Made by a program: the position numbers and the translations under genes. From Hypanus sabinus (lineage: Eukaryota): a stretch of 64,000 bases of DNA. Positions 60,449 to 64,000 of the stretch are shown in pieces. The notes beneath the pieces were generated by a model. The model was not told where the DNA came from and made no database searches. It worked only from the letters and a program-made list of their open reading frames with translations. Position 1 is the first letter of the stretch; every line of letters begins with the position of its first letter. The stretch is taken from the NCBI RefSeq assembly GCF_030144855.1, contig NC_082706.1:127162001-127226000 (forward strand). The letters are read 5' to 3'.

Positions 60449-61010
60449 CACAAGAGATTCTGCAGATGCTGGAAATCCAGAGCAACACTCACAAAATGCT
60501 GGAGGAACATAACAGGTCAGGCAACTCTAGGGAAAGGAATAAACAGTCAAGGTTGTAGGCTGAGACCTTTCATCAGGACTGTAAGGGAAGTGGGGAAGAT
60601 GCCAAGATAAAAAAAAAGGTGGGGGGAAAAAGAGTGACAAGCTCTGGGAACTGGAGAGTGAAGGGGAGGTAAAGATGAGTTTGATAGTAAGATCCCTTTG
60701 AAGATGGCAGAGGTTGTGGTGAGTGATGTGTCGCATGCAGAGGCTCGTAGGGTGGTAGGTGAGGAGAAGAGGAGCCCTATCAGGTGGTGGGACAATGGAG
60801 TGAGGAAATGCAGGTGAGGACAGCATCATTTGTGGAGGATAGTGAAAGGAAATCTTATCCTTTGATGTCCTGGAGAAGAATAGTTGCAGTGGAAATGAGG
60901 GAACTGAGAAAAACTAGCATTTCTACAGGAGGCCTGGTGGGAAGAGGAACAACCAAGATAGCCAAGGGAATTGGTAGGTTTATAAAAGATGTCAGAAGAC
61001 AGTTTGTAAT
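60449..61010 (-). mobile_element. Internally deleted Penelope-like element remnant (RT C-terminal/linker fragments plus terminal repeat)
   Basis: Minus frames LSSDIFYKPTNSLGYLGCSSSHQASCRNASFSQF and RAPLLLTYHPTSL..HIT.HNL.HLQRD are PLE RT thumb and linker motifs. They are followed by CAGTC-CTGATGA-AAGGTCTCAGCC...TTGACTG and the family tail. Confidence 0.8.
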
Positions 61011-61070
61011 GGCCAGGAAGCGGTGGCAGCCAAAGTCTGGGCTGGAGCTGGAGCTGGAGGTCACGTAATT

Positions 61071-61207
61071 CATGGTCTGGAGGCATCCAGGGTCATTGGA
61101 ACTAGAGTTGGAGGTGGCGGGATCCATGGTCTGGAAGCATCCAGGGTAACTGGAATGGGAGTTGGTGATGGTGGATGGTGGAATCCACGGTCTGGAGGCA
61201 TCCAGGG
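61071..61207. repeat. Diverged tandem repeat, 3 copies of a 22-bp core (periods 54 and 61 bp)
   Basis: CA(T/C)GGTCTGGA(G/A)GCATCCAGGG at 61071, 61125 and 61186. Confidence 0.85.
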
Positions 61208-61467
61208 CATTCTGAGCCTTAGTTGGAGATGGTGACAAATCAGCTGCATGCTGCTGTGGAGCAACTGTGGAGAGAAAAGTAAAGTTAACATTTCAAGTTC
61301 TCCCTCTGAAAGGTATACTGTTTCTACTTCCAGCTGACCAGCTGAGTGGCCTTCCATCATCTTCAATTGTTTTTCAATTTCATTTTCTTTTGCATAAAGC
61401 CAGCATGAATTTCAGGCCATATCACAGTACCTTGTAGGTAATGAAATATCTCTGAACAGTTGGGCAT

Positions 61468-62105
61468 GGAACATAGAACAGCATGGTAGAGAAACAGGCC
61501 CTATAGCCCACAATGTTGTGCCAAACTGATTAAGCTAATCCCAGTTGCTTGATACTGTCTATATCCATCCATTCTCCAAACATTCAATTGCCCATCTAAG
61601 AGCCTCTTAAGTTCCTGTATTACATTTGCCATCAACATCACCCTGGCAATACATTCCAGGCACTCCATGGAAAAAAACAAAATTTGCCCTGCACATCTCC
61701 TTTTGAACTTTCCTCTTCTTACCTTAAATTCCTGTCTCCTAGCATCAGACAGATCTACCCTGGGGAGAAAAAAGGTGTCGACTCTATCTACGTCTGCATG
61801 ATTTTATTAACTTCTGTCAGGTCTCCCCTCAGCTTCCATCCCTCCTGAGGAAGCAACCTTAATTTGTCCAATCTTTCCTCATAGCACATAGCCTCTAACC
61901 CTTTACACCCTTTCCAAAGCCTTCCTAAAATGGGGCAACCAGAAATTAATATCATACTTCAGGAGCAGCTTAACCAGTTTTTATAAAGTTGTATCATAAC
62001 TTCATTACTCTTGAACTCAGTGCCATGACTCAAATAGGCAAGCATTCCATGCTCTTTCTTTGTCACCCTATCAACCCTCTGTCTCTTTCAGGAAGCTATG
62101 GACTT
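61468..62105 (-). mobile_element. CR1 3' fragment
   Basis: GAACATAGAACAG...AAACAGGCCCTATAGCCCAC...CAGGTCTCCCCTCAGC. Confidence 0.75.
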
Positions 62106-62818
62106 CAGAATCAGTATCAGACTTATCACTGACATATGTTATAAAATTCATTGTTTTGTGGCTGCAGTACTGTGCAAGACATAAACATTACTATAAGTTG
62201 CAAAATCCAACTATTAAGTAAACAACCATTGCAAAAGAAGAATACTGGGGTCATTTTCATGGATTTATGTACTATTCAGAAATCCCCCACTTCTGCTGAC
62301 AAGCCACTCCTACAACTGCAAATAACTTTGAAGATTTTATATTTGATGATGTCAGAAGGCTGAAGTTCAGTCTTCATTTGGTGAGGGCAATGCTTTCATG
62401 TTCAAACCAATAGTATGTCAGGTTGGTCTTCCAGATAGCTCTTGCAACAGCCCTTCATCTTCTTATACTAGATACTTTCCCTCTGTTTTTCATCACAGAT
62501 AAAGGGTCTCAACCTGATACGTTGACTGTCCATTTCCCTGCATGGAAGCTGCTCAGCATGCTGAGATCATCCAGCATTTTGTGTGTTACTCCAGATTTCA
62601 GCATTTCTGGTTTCTTGTGTCTCCATGTCGGAGTGGTCCATTATTGGGCTAAAAGTCATCTCTAAGCCATTTTGAAGCTGGCAATATGCACATCACCCAT
62701 TTCATGGGCAAACTTGAAAATGCTTCCACTGATCTGCTGGGGTTGACAATCAAATGGATTCAAAACATTTAGCAGCCCAGCTCGATTACATGTCATTTTG
62801 AACAAGTGTCTCTGAGAA

Positions 62819-62990
62819 TCAGGAGCAATACATACAAACTACTAGAGGAATTCAGGCTCAAAATGCTGGAGGCCTTGGCCTGAAATGTTGACCGCACATT
62901 TCATTCCGTAGGTGCTGCCTGACTTGCTGAGTTCCTTTAGCATGTTGTGTGTCTGTTGCTCAGGATTTCTAGCCACTGCAAAAATCGCTT
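62819..62990 (+). mobile_element. Penelope-derived insert flanked by a 13-bp direct repeat
   Basis: GTGTCTCTGAGAA at 62806-62818 and 62991-63003. Internal GGCCTGAAATGTTGAC...GCTGCCTGACTTGCTGAGTTCC. Confidence 0.65.
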
Positions 62991-63284
62991 GTGTCTCTGA
63001 GAAGGAAATCAAAATTGCTGGTCGTTGAGATCTGCCTGAATGATATCAGGGATGAGGCTTAGACATATGAGAAGAGAATCATTGTGCAGCAGGGTTAAGG
63101 AAGGATCTGATAATATTCACAATTATGAGGAGCTTTGATGATAAATAACAGCGATCTGTTTCCTCTGATCAGTGAGCTGATAAACTAAAAGTATAGCTAA
63201 AAGTTTATTATCAAAAGTACAACAAAACAATTGGAACTTTGTTATGACATGAAGAATTTTTTGTTAATTCTAAAGACTTAGAGA

Positions 63285-63862
63285 CCATAAAAGCAGGATA
63301 TAGTGCTGAGGCTTTAAAGGATATTGGTCAGACAATATTTGAAGTATTGTGAGCAGTTTTGGGCTTTATTTCTAAGGAAAGATGTGCTGTTGTTGGTGAG
63401 AGTCCAGAGGAGGTTTACAAGAATAATCCCAGGGATGAGAGAGTTAACTTATGAGGAGTGTTTGATGGTATTTACTAGAGTTTGGAAGGGCGAAGGGTGT
63501 GGGGCTCTGACTGAAACTTAACAAATATTGAAAGGCCTGGATAGAATGGATGTGGAGAGAACCTAGGACCAGAGGGCACAGCCTCGGAAGAAAAGGACTT
63601 CCCTTGAGAGCAGAGTTGATGAGAAATTTCTTTATCCAGAAGATAAAGATCTATGGAATTCATTGCCACACCCAGCTATAGAGGTCGAATTACTGGGTAT
63701 ATTTAAAGCAGAGGTTGATAGGGTCTTGATGCGTAACAGTGTCAAAGATTACCTGGAGAAGATGGGGGAATAGGGTTGGGAGTGAATAATAAGTTAGCCA
63801 TGATTCAATAGTGGAACAGGTACACTGGGCTGAATAATCTAGTTCTGCTCCTGCTTTATAGT
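63285..63862 (+). mobile_element. CR1 3' portion
   Basis: LVRQYLKYCEQFWALFLRKDVLLLVRVQRRFTRIIPGMRELTYEE, then a CR1 tail. Confidence 0.85.
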
Positions 63863-64000
63863 GTAATTTTACATTGTGTTTTTTTGTGTATAAATTTGTA
63901 TTCATTGCAATATTTAGGCAATATTAGTGCATAAAATCAGAACTAGTTCCAACAGTTATAATTCTCTGACCAGCATGATTATTTATTTGTAGATTAGCTA

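Overview
Eukaryotic, gene-poor, repeat-rich vertebrate DNA. The repeat families point to an elasmobranch, probably a ray; this is inferred from recalled consensus sequences, not from a search. They are HE1-like V-SINEs, SacSINE1-like Deu-SINEs, CR1/HER1 LINEs, Rex1/Babar LINEs and Penelope-derived short repeats. I found no supportable host exon, rRNA, true tRNA gene or CRISPR array, and the long ORFs are TE-derived or artefacts of repeats. The window opens on the 3' end of a Ty3/Gypsy retrotransposon: integrase C-terminus, PPT and a 3' LTR at 506-1954. The first 45 bp of that LTR are amplified into an indel-free 29-copy array just upstream of the TATA box. The rest is a nested mosaic of decayed LINEs and SINEs, a mariner derivative, a solo LTR with a 5-bp TSD, and many Penelope-like terminal-repeat fragments. 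Several of those fragments carry remnants of minimal hammerhead ribozyme cores, one inside a ~386-bp fold-back palindrome. Several repeat-free, AT-rich blocks dense in homeodomain, POU and FOX motifs look like candidate conserved non-coding enhancers. Boundaries of decayed repeats are approximate (tens of bp).
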